Shown: in pieces, positions 28,809 to 37,231 of the stretch
How positions within the stretch are numbered: position 1 is the stretch's first letter
How the letters are laid out: each line of letters opens with the position of its first letter
Virus record (IMG/VR): IMGVR_UViG_3300029858_000359
Reading direction: 5' to 3' (one strand)
Origin: a virus
Lineage: Duplodnaviria; Heunggongvirae; Uroviricota; Caudoviricetes
Length of the DNA stretch: 46,624 nt
Notes under the pieces: generated by a model
What the model was told of the DNA's origin: nothing
Seen by the model: only the letters and a program-made list of their open reading frames with translations
Database searches by the model: none
Translations under genes and position numbers: made by a program

Positions 28809-29618
28809 TCAATGAACGGTAGCGAGCAGCTTTAATAGCTCAGGGAATCGGGATTCGAAAAAGTGCGGCTGCGTCTCGCGCGGATTTGCGGGACTGGTGA
28901 TGTTCTTGCCGAACATGCAGCCTTTCGCTGTTAGCGACCAGAATTTTTTGATGTTGTTAATCGCGGTACGGCTGTATCGTTCGCGCTGTTCGACGATCCC
29001 CAGCTTCACCATCTGGTGATATGCCTGATTAGCCGTAAGGCGGATACCATACTGCTTCAGCAGTGCACTCAATGATAGCGTAGGGCGGCTTGAGCCATCG
29101 AGTGCATCAGCAGGAGCATCAATGGCATAGCGCGGTGCCAGATTCGGTAAGCCAACAGCCTCCTGGAGTTTCTGACAGGCCCCAAGCACAGATGAGTTAG
29201 ACAGGTTTAACTCCCGACGCATAAAGTCCAGCAGAATCACTCCAGCCTGCATCTTGTCAGCAGCCTGTCCGGATAATTTTTCCGGTGCGCTGGTTACCAT
29301 GTCGAAAGTACGGATCACCTTCAGATGGAATGACGGGCTGATCCACATTGCATAGGCATACACCAGTTCCTTACAGACATACGTTCCCCGTTCATTTCCC
29401 CCATGAATCACACTCACCGGGTCAACACCCAAATTCTGGGTGTTGGTCAATTCATGAACAAGCTCAACAGTTTGTTGGCTGGAAAGAAACTTTCCTGGCT
29501 CCTTGGTTCTGGCATTTGCACCAGATGCTACTGCTGCGCGATGCAGATCGTTCAGGCTGTAACGCCCATAAGCATCACGACGAACTTCAATACCATCAAT
29601 GACCATCAGATTATTCAT
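28809..29618 (-). CDS. KilA-N domain or antirepressor-like protein
   Basis: 269-aa ORF; N-terminal region resembles the KilA-N fold. Confidence 0.45.
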   Translation of the reverse strand: MNNLMVIDGIEVRRDAYGRYSLNDLHRAAVASGANARTKEPGKFLSSQQTVELVHELTNTQNLGVDPVSVIHGGNERGTYVCKELVYAYAMWISPSFHLKVIRTFDMVTSAPEKLSGQAADKMQAGVILLDFMRRELNLSNSSVLGACQKLQEAVGLPNLAPRYAIDAPADALDGSSRPTLSLSALLKQYGIRLTANQAYHQMVKLGIVEQRERYSRTAINNIKKFWSLTAKGCMFGKNITSPANPRETQPHFFESRFPELLKLLATVH

Positions 29619-29637
29619 ACTTCGTTTCTCCTCTTAA

Positions 29638-30027
29638 TCAGGCAGCTGCACCCGCCGTTTTCTCGTACTTACTGATAGTGATCTCGACCTTCGCTTCCGG
29701 GATAACCGGTCCCCACTCCACCAGCATTCTTTTCACCTGACTGTCGTCTTCCCACACCCCCGCGTGGGTCAGGGCGTCAAACAGCGCCTTGTTATAGTTG
29801 TCCAGATCGCGGATCCTGTTATCCGGAGGAAACAACACGATCTCCACTGAAGCAGGTGCCGACGTTGGTTTCGGCAGACGACGTAACTGCTCAACTATTG
29901 CTGCGCACGCCGCGCTCTGGAATTTTCGCCCCGCCGCGCTTATCAGGCTCTTACCAGCAAACGCCCCTTTGTTGGGGTGTCGCCAGTACGTGTTCACGCT
30001 GGGCGGAAAAGGCAGGATCAGCTTCAT
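29638..30027 (-). CDS. rusA: Holliday junction resolvase RusA
   Basis: 129 aa; MKLILPFPPSVNTYWRH and DLDNYNKALFDALTHAGVWEDDSQV motifs. Confidence 0.85.
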   Translation of the reverse strand: MKLILPFPPSVNTYWRHPNKGAFAGKSLISAAGRKFQSAACAAIVEQLRRLPKPTSAPASVEIVLFPPDNRIRDLDNYNKALFDALTHAGVWEDDSQVKRMLVEWGPVIPEAKVEITISKYEKTAGAAA

Positions 30028-30350
30028 ACTTTCAGGCCCCTCTCATGTAACCAGTGGGTTGCACGCAGCCTTGCGTTTTCCTCACCGGCAAGCAGTGAGC
30101 GGATAATCCCGACCGCCTCGCTGTCGTCGTCCTTCACCGCGGTATGAAGCGTGATGCCCCGGGCCACGCCACGCTTTATCGTGATGACGCCTTTTTTCTC
30201 CAGTGCGCGAAGATGCTCCACCGCTGCATTCACTGAACGGTATCCCAGCATGGTTGCCACCTCCTGATTGGTTGGCGGGAAGCCACGTTCTTTCTGATAA
30301 GAAATCAGCATATCCAGCACCTGCTGCTGGCATTGAGTTAACGTCGTCAT
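30024..30350 (-). CDS. LexA N-terminal DNA-binding domain protein lacking the S24 peptidase domain
   Basis: QQQVLDMLISYQKERGFPPTNQEVATMLGYRSVNAAVEHLRALEKKGVI closely parallels the LexA winged-helix region; only 108 aa. Confidence 0.7.
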   Translation of the reverse strand: MTTLTQCQQQVLDMLISYQKERGFPPTNQEVATMLGYRSVNAAVEHLRALEKKGVITIKRGVARGITLHTAVKDDDSEAVGIIRSLLAGEENARLRATHWLHERGLKV

Positions 30351-31033
30351 GCCGCCATCTCCCTGACCAGTTTTTCTGCCTGCTGGCGAACCTGCGCCAG
30401 AAAGGCCTCACCACATGCCTCAAGTTCATCGCGCCCGATGTAGCTGATTGCCGGTCCCTTCCAGGTCTTGTCGAAAACAGCAATAGCACCAGCGAAGAAA
30501 GCGCCTGTCGGCACCTGCTTCTCATCCTTCGGGATAAACCAGGCAGGCAGTTCAAAACCAATACGCCCGCGAATAAAAGCAATATGATCTGCATCTTCCG
30601 GCCACCACACTTCGCTGGTGGCAGCTTTGATCAGGAAAACATAGCGCCCGCCTTTATCACGCATGGCACTGGCATGCTTCATGATGTAACGCATGCCGGT
30701 GATGTATTGCCCCTCATGCTGACTGGCGCGGCTGTATGGGGGATTACCAAAGGCAGCACCTTTAAGCTCCGCAAGGCGTTCTGACCAGTCATGCGCCAGC
30801 GCGTTGTCTTCCGCCGTGTAATACGCAGCACATTTGGCGTTATCACCGTCAGTAAACAGATCCAGAACAAACGGGCCAAACAGAGTGTTAATTCCCCAGA
30901 AAATGTTGTCCGGCGTGCGCCACTGATCGCCCACTTCCTTCAGTTCATGGGCTGGTTTGTTCCGCAGTTCCGCCAGCGCCTGGCAATATTTATTACTCAT
31001 TAAGCCCCCACGTAATTCCCTGAGAGATACCAC
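30347..31033 (-). CDS. Phage N6-adenine DNA methyltransferase
   Basis: Catalytic motif FGNPPYS; 228 aa; early-region position. Confidence 0.75.
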   Translation of the reverse strand: MVSLRELRGGLMSNKYCQALAELRNKPAHELKEVGDQWRTPDNIFWGINTLFGPFVLDLFTDGDNAKCAAYYTAEDNALAHDWSERLAELKGAAFGNPPYSRASQHEGQYITGMRYIMKHASAMRDKGGRYVFLIKAATSEVWWPEDADHIAFIRGRIGFELPAWFIPKDEKQVPTGAFFAGAIAVFDKTWKGPAISYIGRDELEACGEAFLAQVRQQAEKLVREMAA

Positions 31034-31494
31034 TCTTCACCTGATGCAGCCCGCTTACTGCTTTTCCGTAAACACCGTTCACGACGCGCCAGAAAATTGT
31101 TTCGTTCTGGCTGGGAGTGGCTTTCACGGAATGCCGCCATCCACACCGTTGCAGCACGACGGTATAAGCCCCTGGACTCCAGTTCTTCCGCCTGGCGGGT
31201 CAGGCACAAAATCACCCGCGGGTCGTTAGTGCCGACATAGAAATTGCGCACAGGTCTGGTTTCACGAACTGGTTGTGGTTCCGGATCCTGCGCTCTCTCA
31301 GTCAGGCGCGGGAAATGTCTGTGTGTATCTCCTTCACAACGGTGAGCCACACGCCCACTCTGACGTAACTTGCTTGCTGACTGCAGAACGCGCTGCCGTG
31401 AGTAACCTGCAAAAGCATCCGCAATGTCTCCGGAAGTACAGCCCGGATGGGCTTCAATGAATTTCTGAACGTCATTTAACAGACTCATGATCAC
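31000..31494 (-). CDS. Hypothetical phage early protein, 164 aa
   Basis: ORF downstream of the initiator gene; arginine-rich; no family recognised. Confidence 0.4.
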   Translation of the reverse strand: MIMSLLNDVQKFIEAHPGCTSGDIADAFAGYSRQRVLQSASKLRQSGRVAHRCEGDTHRHFPRLTERAQDPEPQPVRETRPVRNFYVGTNDPRVILCLTRQAEELESRGLYRRAATVWMAAFRESHSQPERNNFLARRERCLRKSSKRAASGEEWYLSGNYVGA

Positions 31495-32432
31495 CCCCTG
31501 AATCCTGCCGGGATCTGGCTGTAGTCCACATTGTCGTAACTGGCTTTGAAGTACGGGTCTTCGCGTTTTTCTGTGTACGTGCTGACGGACGGCGATAAGC
31601 GCAGGGAAAGCTCATCCCATTTTTCCCGCAGCTTCGACGGGCTGAGCACGTTACGGCACCAGAACGGATCGCGGCTGACGCGGCTGTACATCTCGCAGAT
31701 TTGTTTGTGAGTACGACCATCCTGCACACACATCAGGCGAATTTCGTTTGCCCAGGCTGTCCAGTTAGGTTCTTTGGGACGAACCACCTCGCCGTCACAT
31801 TCGGCGGCCTGCTCGTACAGGGCGATGATTTTTTTCCAAAGCCACTGTGCGCAGGTCAAATCATCCTGCGTCCCCCACTGGCGCTTTTTAGGGCTGAATA
31901 CAACCGCATCAGGATGGAGAGTTAAAAAATCCTGTCCATCCGTCTGCGTGTCCGGTTGCGAAGCGTCCGGACGAGAAGGTTTTTTATCTGACGGATCATG
32001 TTTTGATTTTACTGACGGATCCCCGCCAGATTCTGACGGGTGAAAACCCGCTTTTTTGCCAGATTTCGACGCATCAAATTTTGACGGGTCAGATTTTGAT
32101 GCGTCAGATTTTGACGGGTCAGAATCTGACAGTTGAGAAAATGCCGCTGCCTGAAGCTTCGCAACGTTAAGCTGATAAACATTCGACGCATTACGGTTAC
32201 CCTGGCGACGCGCCTTACGCGTTAACCAGCCTTCTGCTTCCAGCCGTGCGATAGCCGTTCTGACGGTACTCATCCCCGCGCCAATCTGGCGGGCAATGGT
32301 TTCAATTGATGGCCAGCACACACCTTCGTCATTACTGAAATCAGCCAGGCGGGCCATAATTGCCACGCTGGATAACTTCATGCCTGACGCAGCGCAACCA
32401 TCCCATACATAGCCGGTTAATTTAGTGCTCAT
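31491..32432 (-). CDS. Replication initiator, lambda O-like, with internal origin iterons
   Basis: N-terminal helix-turn-helix region; coding sequence contains about 8 tandem 15-bp repeats encoding a repetitive SDPSKSDASKSD linker. Confidence 0.7.
   Translation of the reverse strand: MSTKLTGYVWDGCAASGMKLSSVAIMARLADFSNDEGVCWPSIETIARQIGAGMSTVRTAIARLEAEGWLTRKARRQGNRNASNVYQLNVAKLQAAAFSQLSDSDPSKSDASKSDPSKFDASKSGKKAGFHPSESGGDPSVKSKHDPSDKKPSRPDASQPDTQTDGQDFLTLHPDAVVFSPKKRQWGTQDDLTCAQWLWKKIIALYEQAAECDGEVVRPKEPNWTAWANEIRLMCVQDGRTHKQICEMYSRVSRDPFWCRNVLSPSKLREKWDELSLRLSPSVSTYTEKREDPYFKASYDNVDYSQIPAGFRG
31985..32140. repeat. Origin-like iterons (about 15-bp tandem repeats, consensus near AGATTTTGACGGGTC)
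   Basis: TCTGACGGATC, AGATTCTGACGGGTG, AGATTTCGACGCATC, AAATTTTGACGGGTC, AGATTTTGATGCGTC, AGATTTTGACGGGTC, AGAATCTGACAGTTG in tandem. Confidence 0.7.
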
Positions 32433-32441
32433 GACCGACCT

Positions 32442-32780
32442 CTATTTCCCTGAATTTACGACGAAACTGTTCGAGCGGACTGAAGCATTCATGCTCATAG
32501 CCTTCGCGGAGATAGATAACCCGTTGTGTTTCCGGTTCCCAACGAATGACTCTGACGGGCACTCCGTAGTGATCTTTGAACCAGCGGTTAACTTGTCGCA
32601 AAGGACTGTCTCCTTCTGCCGGTTGAAATCACCCACAGCCCACTCTGCAAAGCTGTGGGTTACAATTTCCCTGTCACCTGGTACATTTACTGCATAGCAA
32701 TACTCCACCTTCGCTTTTCCACCCGGTACAGGAAGCGCAATCAGTTGCGAGCGACGGTAGTGTGTTGTTAAACTGTTCAT
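32442..32780 (-). CDS. Hypothetical protein, 112 aa
   Basis: ATGA start-stop overlap with the upstream gene; fills the gap before the initiator gene. Confidence 0.4.
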   Translation of the reverse strand: MNSLTTHYRRSQLIALPVPGGKAKVEYCYAVNVPGDREIVTHSFAEWAVGDFNRQKETVLCDKLTAGSKITTECPSESFVGNRKHNGLSISAKAMSMNASVRSNSFVVNSGK

Positions 32781-33340
32781 GCGTTAGTTTCTCCACAGTC
32801 ACGACACGCCACGGCGCCCGGAGCTGCACACTCGCGGGCGTCATTACTTTCTGAAATGCAAAAGATTTTGTAGACCAGTGCTGCATGCTCCTGCAGCTTC
32901 GAAATTGAGAGATACAGCTCGTCGTTAATTGCTGTCTTCTCATGCGGTTCCACTACACCGTCTTCGATTGCTGAACGAATCTGTTTTGAATAACTGCCGA
33001 TCTGTTCAATGACTTCCAGCAGACGCTGGTTAATATCGGCGTTGTCCACATCCTCGACGTCAGGAAGAGACACAAATACGCCATTTGCAGACTGCGCCAC
33101 AGCATCAGCAATGAAGTGAGTGCCACCAGCACGCTGTAAAACCATTGCCCATCCCAGCGGAAAAATCTGATCGCCATCTGCACGAAGGCGGTTGAATAAA
33201 GCGTTCTCTGTTACATCCAGCCAGTCAGCCGCTTCAGCGTAACCACCCGGCAACGCCGCGATAGTTTTTCTGACAGCTTTCACGTACCACTCAGGCTGTT
33301 TTTCTATTTTCCAGTGATGCTTACCCACGATTAGCCTCAT
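32777..33340 (-). CDS. Putative CII-like regulatory protein
   Basis: 187-aa ORF immediately downstream of the cro-like gene; family assignment by position and vague recall only. Confidence 0.35.
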   Translation of the reverse strand: MRLIVGKHHWKIEKQPEWYVKAVRKTIAALPGGYAEAADWLDVTENALFNRLRADGDQIFPLGWAMVLQRAGGTHFIADAVAQSANGVFVSLPDVEDVDNADINQRLLEVIEQIGSYSKQIRSAIEDGVVEPHEKTAINDELYLSISKLQEHAALVYKIFCISESNDARECAAPGAVACRDCGETNA

Positions 33341-33371
33341 CGTTCTGTGGTTAAAAATTGAAAGTGTTCTG

Positions 33372-33572
33372 CTAATCTTTCGGATAGATATCCGGTCTTA
33401 AGTCAGATTTCGTAATTGCACCTGACGTGCATTGTTCAAGTTTTTTAGCCAGCACAAAACTGGCTTTTTTATAGCCATTGAAAACCAGCCGTAAGTAGCC
33501 AGGTGTTGAGCCAACTTTTCCGGCCAACTCGTCCTGCTGTTCTTTGGTTAAAGAGTCCCAATACGCTTTCAT
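33372..33572 (-). CDS. Cro-like repressor (helix-turn-helix), 66 aa
   Basis: MKAYWDSLTKEQQDELAGKVGSTPGYLRLVFNGYKKASFVLAKKLEQCTSG; divergent from cI across the operator region; GGAGG ribosome-binding site. Confidence 0.7.
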   Translation of the reverse strand: MKAYWDSLTKEQQDELAGKVGSTPGYLRLVFNGYKKASFVLAKKLEQCTSGAITKSDLRPDIYPKD

Positions 33573-33575
33573 ACA

Positions 33576-33647
33576 ATATGTACCTCCGGTGTACATATTA
33601 CATGATTGAAATGAACCTTCAAGATACTTGTACCTTAACGGTACAAG
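33576..33647. promoter_or_regulatory. Right operator and promoter region between cro and cI, two palindromic operators
   Basis: ATATGTAC-CTCCGGT-GTACATAT at 33576-33598 and CTTGTACC-TTAAC-GGTACAAG at 33627-33647, sharing a TGTAC/GTACA core. Confidence 0.55.
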
Positions 33648-33662
33648 GGTTTTAATTTCGTT

Positions 33663-34337
33663 ATGAAAACAATCCATGACATCCGGCGGTCTAACGCCAG
33701 AAAACTGAGAGATGGTGTTGGCGGGAATTCTTCCTTTGCCACTATGATTGATCGCGAGCCAACCCAGACCAGCAGGTTTATGGGAGATGGTGCTACTAAA
33801 AATATCGGTGACAGCATGGCACGACACATCGAAAAATGTTTCGACCTGCCTGTCGGATGGCTCGATCAAGAACACCAGACAACGAACATCACAAAAAAAC
33901 CTGATGTTTCAATCACTAATAAACAAATCACATTAGTCCCTGTCATATCATGGGTACAGGCCGGAGCATGGAAAGAAGTTGGATATTCTGAGGTTGATTT
34001 GAGCACAGCAGAAACGTATCCCTGCCCTGTACCCTGTGGGGAAATGACTTATATCTTGCGGGTGATAGGTGATTCAATGATTGATGATTACCGCCCGGGA
34101 GACATGATTTTTGTCGATCCTGAAGTACCTGCCTGCCACGGTGACGACGTTATTGCATTGATGCACGATACAGGTGAAACCACCTTCAAAAGGTTGATAG
34201 AAGATGGGACACAGCGTTATCTCAAAGCGTTAAACCCAAACTGGCCTGAGCCTTACATTAAGATCAACGGTAATTGCTCTATAATTGGTACAGTGATTTT
34301 CTCAGGAAAACCAAGAAGATACAAAATCAAAGCCTAA
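33663..34337 (+). CDS. CI-type prophage repressor with LexA-like S24 autopeptidase domain
   Basis: C-terminal domain with GDSM catalytic-serine motif and downstream Lys; N-terminal helix-turn-helix-like region. Confidence 0.85.
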   Translation: MKTIHDIRRSNARKLRDGVGGNSSFATMIDREPTQTSRFMGDGATKNIGDSMARHIEKCFDLPVGWLDQEHQTTNITKKPDVSITNKQITLVPVISWVQAGAWKEVGYSEVDLSTAETYPCPVPCGEMTYILRVIGDSMIDDYRPGDMIFVDPEVPACHGDDVIALMHDTGETTFKRLIEDGTQRYLKALNPNWPEPYIKINGNCSIIGTVIFSGKPRRYKIKA

Positions 34338-34350
34338 TCAATGTTTATGA

Positions 34351-34373
34351 ACCTGCTTCGGCAGGTTTTTTTA
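34351..34373 (+). terminator. Rho-independent terminator after cI
   Basis: ACCTGCTTCGGCAGGT hairpin followed by TTTTTTT. Confidence 0.7.
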
Positions 34374-34376
34374 TAC

Positions 34377-34404
34377 TTGACAATGTACCCTTGAGATACA
34401 TAAT
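34377..34404 (+). promoter_or_regulatory. Putative PL-like early promoter with flanking operator half-sites
   Basis: TTGACA, 16-nt spacer, CATAAT; ATGTACCC repeats within and after it match the OR half-site core. Confidence 0.5.
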
Positions 34405-34493
34405 GTACCCAAGAGAAACAACTAACAGGTAGGACGCCCACGAAGTAGCCGCCTGGGGCATATGAAGTCCAGGATGATTCGTTAGCAACAAAA

Positions 34494-34526
34494 AAGCGCC
34501 CTATAGGACGCTTCGCTCTTTAACAA
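34494..34526 (+). promoter_or_regulatory. Putative antitermination element: hairpin followed by consensus boxA
   Basis: AAGCGCCCTATAGGACGCTT hairpin then CGCTCTTTAACAA, matching the rrn/nut boxA core GCTCTTTAACAA. Confidence 0.45.
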
Positions 34527-34744
34527 TCTGGAGATCCCCAAAACTTAACGGGATTTTGGCTTCGGTTCTGGCGGTGAAGGACGAGGTTTTAAGGGTATAT
34601 GATCCTCTTTCCATGTATATATAAATGCATTCATTTGGTCATCTCAATATAGAATCCATTATTAATTCATACTCATAAAGCCTGTGTGACTTTGGTGATG
34701 GTGGTCTGGGCTTTGGAGGTACATGGTTAGGGATTATGGGAATT

Positions 34745-35224
34745 CTATTTGTCATTATTACACCTTTTTGACCGAGGCAAATCTCCAGCAAACCATGCGA
34801 TAACGCTATGCATGAATGATATTTCTGACTCATCAACACGTCCCAGCGCAATACAGGTCCGTTTGAACGCAGCATCTTGTAAAGATCTCCATGGATTACT
34901 ATCAGCGTCTTGAACCTTTAAAAACCGAGTGCGTAGTTCGTCATCAGAAAGGGAGGAAAACTCAACAATCAACCTTTTATACTGTCGCATCTGTTCCTTT
35001 GATAAGCCAGCTTCCTGCCCAAATTGGTATACCAATTGAAGCACCGACAAAATAGCTACAGATGCGCCAAAAATAAACATATTGCTATATGGCGCAAAAA
35101 CAGAAAAGCCCAAGACAATGAGAACAAGAGTTATGCTCTTGTCTATCCGATTTAAAAGGGTGTAATTCATTTTCTCAAGAAAGAAAGAATAATGAATATC
35201 GAATGCTAGATCGTCTCGAGTCAT
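34745..35224 (-). CDS. Hypothetical inner-membrane protein, 159 aa, about two transmembrane helices
   Basis: AT-rich ORF convergent to cI with AAGGGA ribosome-binding site; hydrophobic helices ITLVLIVLGFSVFAPY and FIFGASVAILSVLQLVY. Confidence 0.55.
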   Translation of the reverse strand: MTRDDLAFDIHYSFFLEKMNYTLLNRIDKSITLVLIVLGFSVFAPYSNMFIFGASVAILSVLQLVYQFGQEAGLSKEQMRQYKRLIVEFSSLSDDELRTRFLKVQDADSNPWRSLQDAAFKRTCIALGRVDESEISFMHSVIAWFAGDLPRSKRCNNDK

Positions 35225-35863
35225 CTCTATTCCCTTACATTTCAGGTTTCGGCTCAGGGATCGGTGCTGGTCTCTGATTTACCGGAACATGAAATTTTTC
35301 ATTGCTATCTACGTACATATTTCCTTCCTACCTGTTGTTGGGATATCCAGATTATACCGAATCCTTGTTGTTGGGGAATAACCAGGTCCACCTCGCCTGA
35401 TGTGGCTAAAAGCAGGCACATAACAGCTAAGTATTTTCAACCAGAGAGAATCCTTAGCGTTGTGGTGAATGCGGCTCAGCGCACGCGGGTTAAGGTTAAG
35501 GCTGACAGTCGACCTTCTGTGGATACCCACCCGTCTGGTGTACAACCTTCGCCAGGCACCGGGAGGCACCCGGCACCACAACTTTATGCTGTGTGTTGTC
35601 TTGGCGGTACCAGCTTGTACCCTTGCTTCCGGCTGGTACCGTCCTTTTTACAAAACAGAGAAGAGCATCATCGGACGACGGGCTCATAACCCAATCCATC
35701 CGGGCGGCTGCCACCGCAGGTGTTCTTCTCTGTTTTGTGGAGAAACTAACCGCCCCTACGGGGGCATTTATGGAAATGTAATTGACTCAATAATCGCCGG
35801 ACGGTGAGGGCTTCCTTTTACCCGAATTCAGCGCGGTGCAGCGCATATAACGTGGAGAACAAA

Positions 35864-36400
35864 ATGTCATTTATTAAAACTTTTTCCGGGAAGCATTTTT
35901 ATTATGACAGGATAAATAAAGACAACATCGATATTAACGATATCGCGGTTTCCCTTTCAAATATCTGTCGCTTTGCCGGCCATCTTTCACACTTCTACAG
36001 CGTCGCCCAACATGCGGTGCTTTGCAGCCAGCTGGTACCGCAGGAATTTGCTTTTGAAGCGTTAATGCATGATGCGACAGAAGCGTATTGCCAGGACATC
36101 CCCGCGCCACTGAAACGCCTTCTTCCCGACTATAAACGGATGGAAGAAAAAATAGACGCCGTAATCCGTGAGAAATACGGGTTACCCACGGTTATGAGCA
36201 CGCCTGTGAAATATGCCGATCTCATCATGCTGGCAACCGAACGCCGCGATCTCGGGCTTGATGATGGCTCTTTCTGGCCTGTACTGGAAGGTATCCCGGC
36301 AACAGAGATGTTCAACGTGATTCCACTGGCACCGAGCCATGCCTACGGGATGTTTATTGAGCGCTTCAACGAGTTATCGGAGTTACGCAAATGCGCATGA
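35864..36400 (+). CDS. HD-domain phosphohydrolase (YfbR-like 5'-deoxynucleotidase fold)
   Basis: HD motifs AGHLSHFYSVAQHAV and ALMHDATEAY; start at the Met with GGAG ribosome-binding site 7 nt upstream. Confidence 0.7.
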   Translation: MSFIKTFSGKHFYYDRINKDNIDINDIAVSLSNICRFAGHLSHFYSVAQHAVLCSQLVPQEFAFEALMHDATEAYCQDIPAPLKRLLPDYKRMEEKIDAVIREKYGLPTVMSTPVKYADLIMLATERRDLGLDDGSFWPVLEGIPATEMFNVIPLAPSHAYGMFIERFNELSELRKCA

Positions 36401-36753
36401 ATGTTTTCGAAATGGAAGGGTTTCTTCGCGGGAAATGTGTACCGCGAGATCTGAAAGTGAATGAAACGGATGCTGAATACCTGATACGTAAATTCGATGC
36501 GCTTGAAGCTAAATGTGCAGCACTGGAAAACAAAGTAATACCAGTGTCAGCTGAACTGCCGCCAGCACATGAAAGTGTTCTGTTATTTGATGCTAATGGA
36601 GAAGGCTGGCTGATTGGCTGGCGTTCTCTCTGGTACACATGGGGGCAAAAAGAAACCGGAGAATGGCAGTGGACATTTCAGGTCGGGGACCTTGAAAAGG
36701 TCAATATTACCCACTGGGCAGTAATGCCGAAAGCACCGGAGAATAAAAAATGA
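36397..36753 (+). CDS. DUF551-like phage protein
   Basis: Trp-rich C-terminus WLIGWRSLWYTWGQKETGEWQW...THWAVMP; ATGA overlap with the upstream stop. Confidence 0.45.
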   Translation: MNVFEMEGFLRGKCVPRDLKVNETDAEYLIRKFDALEAKCAALENKVIPVSAELPPAHESVLLFDANGEGWLIGWRSLWYTWGQKETGEWQWTFQVGDLEKVNITHWAVMPKAPENKK

Positions 36754-36965
36754 GCGTGATAAAAACTCATACAGGAATTGTTATCACCCGAGACGGTGAA
36801 AAGCGGATGAAATTACATTCCACTGAAACCTCCTGGGTTGTCGGACGTTGTGAATCCTACGACAAAAAGACTGGTTACCGTTGGGGCGCGCCAAACATGC
36901 GCCGCCGTCTGCTCCTGGACAGCATCAGGCCAATAAAACAAGTAGCAACCAGAGAACAAAATTAA
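36750..36965 (+). CDS. Hypothetical small protein, 71 aa
   Basis: ATGA overlap with the upstream gene. Confidence 0.4.
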   Translation: MSVIKTHTGIVITRDGEKRMKLHSTETSWVVGRCESYDKKTGYRWGAPNMRRRLLLDSIRPIKQVATREQN

Positions 36966-37012
36966 TTATCAGGACTGGAATTTAATATTACTGCCCATGT
37001 GCAGCGGGCTAA

Positions 37013-37231
37013 GTGGAGAAACATATGCTGAACCTCGATTGTGTTCCTATCTCAACTTATTGCAAAGAAACTGGCGAAACTCCTGAAGCAATAAACAAAC
37101 GTGTACAGCGCGGTGTTTGGCGTGAAGGTGTTCAGGTTTTAAAGGTTGAAGGCGTTAAGGAGAGGTGGATTGATCTTAGTGAGGTTGCAAAATGGGCCAG
37201 ACAAAACTGCTCAAACTACCGCGCGGCGTAA
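37013..37231 (+). CDS. Excisionase (Xis-like)
   Basis: 72-aa basic protein with GGAG ribosome-binding site, overlapping the start of the integrase gene. Confidence 0.65.
   Translation: MEKHMLNLDCVPISTYCKETGETPEAINKRVQRGVWREGVQVLKVEGVKERWIDLSEVAKWARQNCSNYRAA

Noticed and set aside
30082-30784. ORFs 30082-30594 (minus) and 30203-30784 (plus) overlapping the LexA-like and methylase genes
   Set aside because: Alternative-frame or antisense ORFs with Arg/Ser/Pro-rich low-complexity products; the in-frame genes have strong motifs (LexA domain, NPPY).
33372-33875. Long 167-aa form of the cro-like ORF
   Set aside because: Only the C-terminal 66 aa look like a Cro-type helix-turn-helix protein with a ribosome-binding site; the upstream part overlaps the cI gene on the opposite strand and the operator region.
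35264-35807. ORFs 35264-35689, 35469-35807, 35593-35781 and minus-strand 35309-35581, 35496-35714 as protein-coding genes
   Set aside because: Mutually overlapping, no ribosome-binding sites, compositionally unlike proteins; region treated as non-coding or decayed (see finding).
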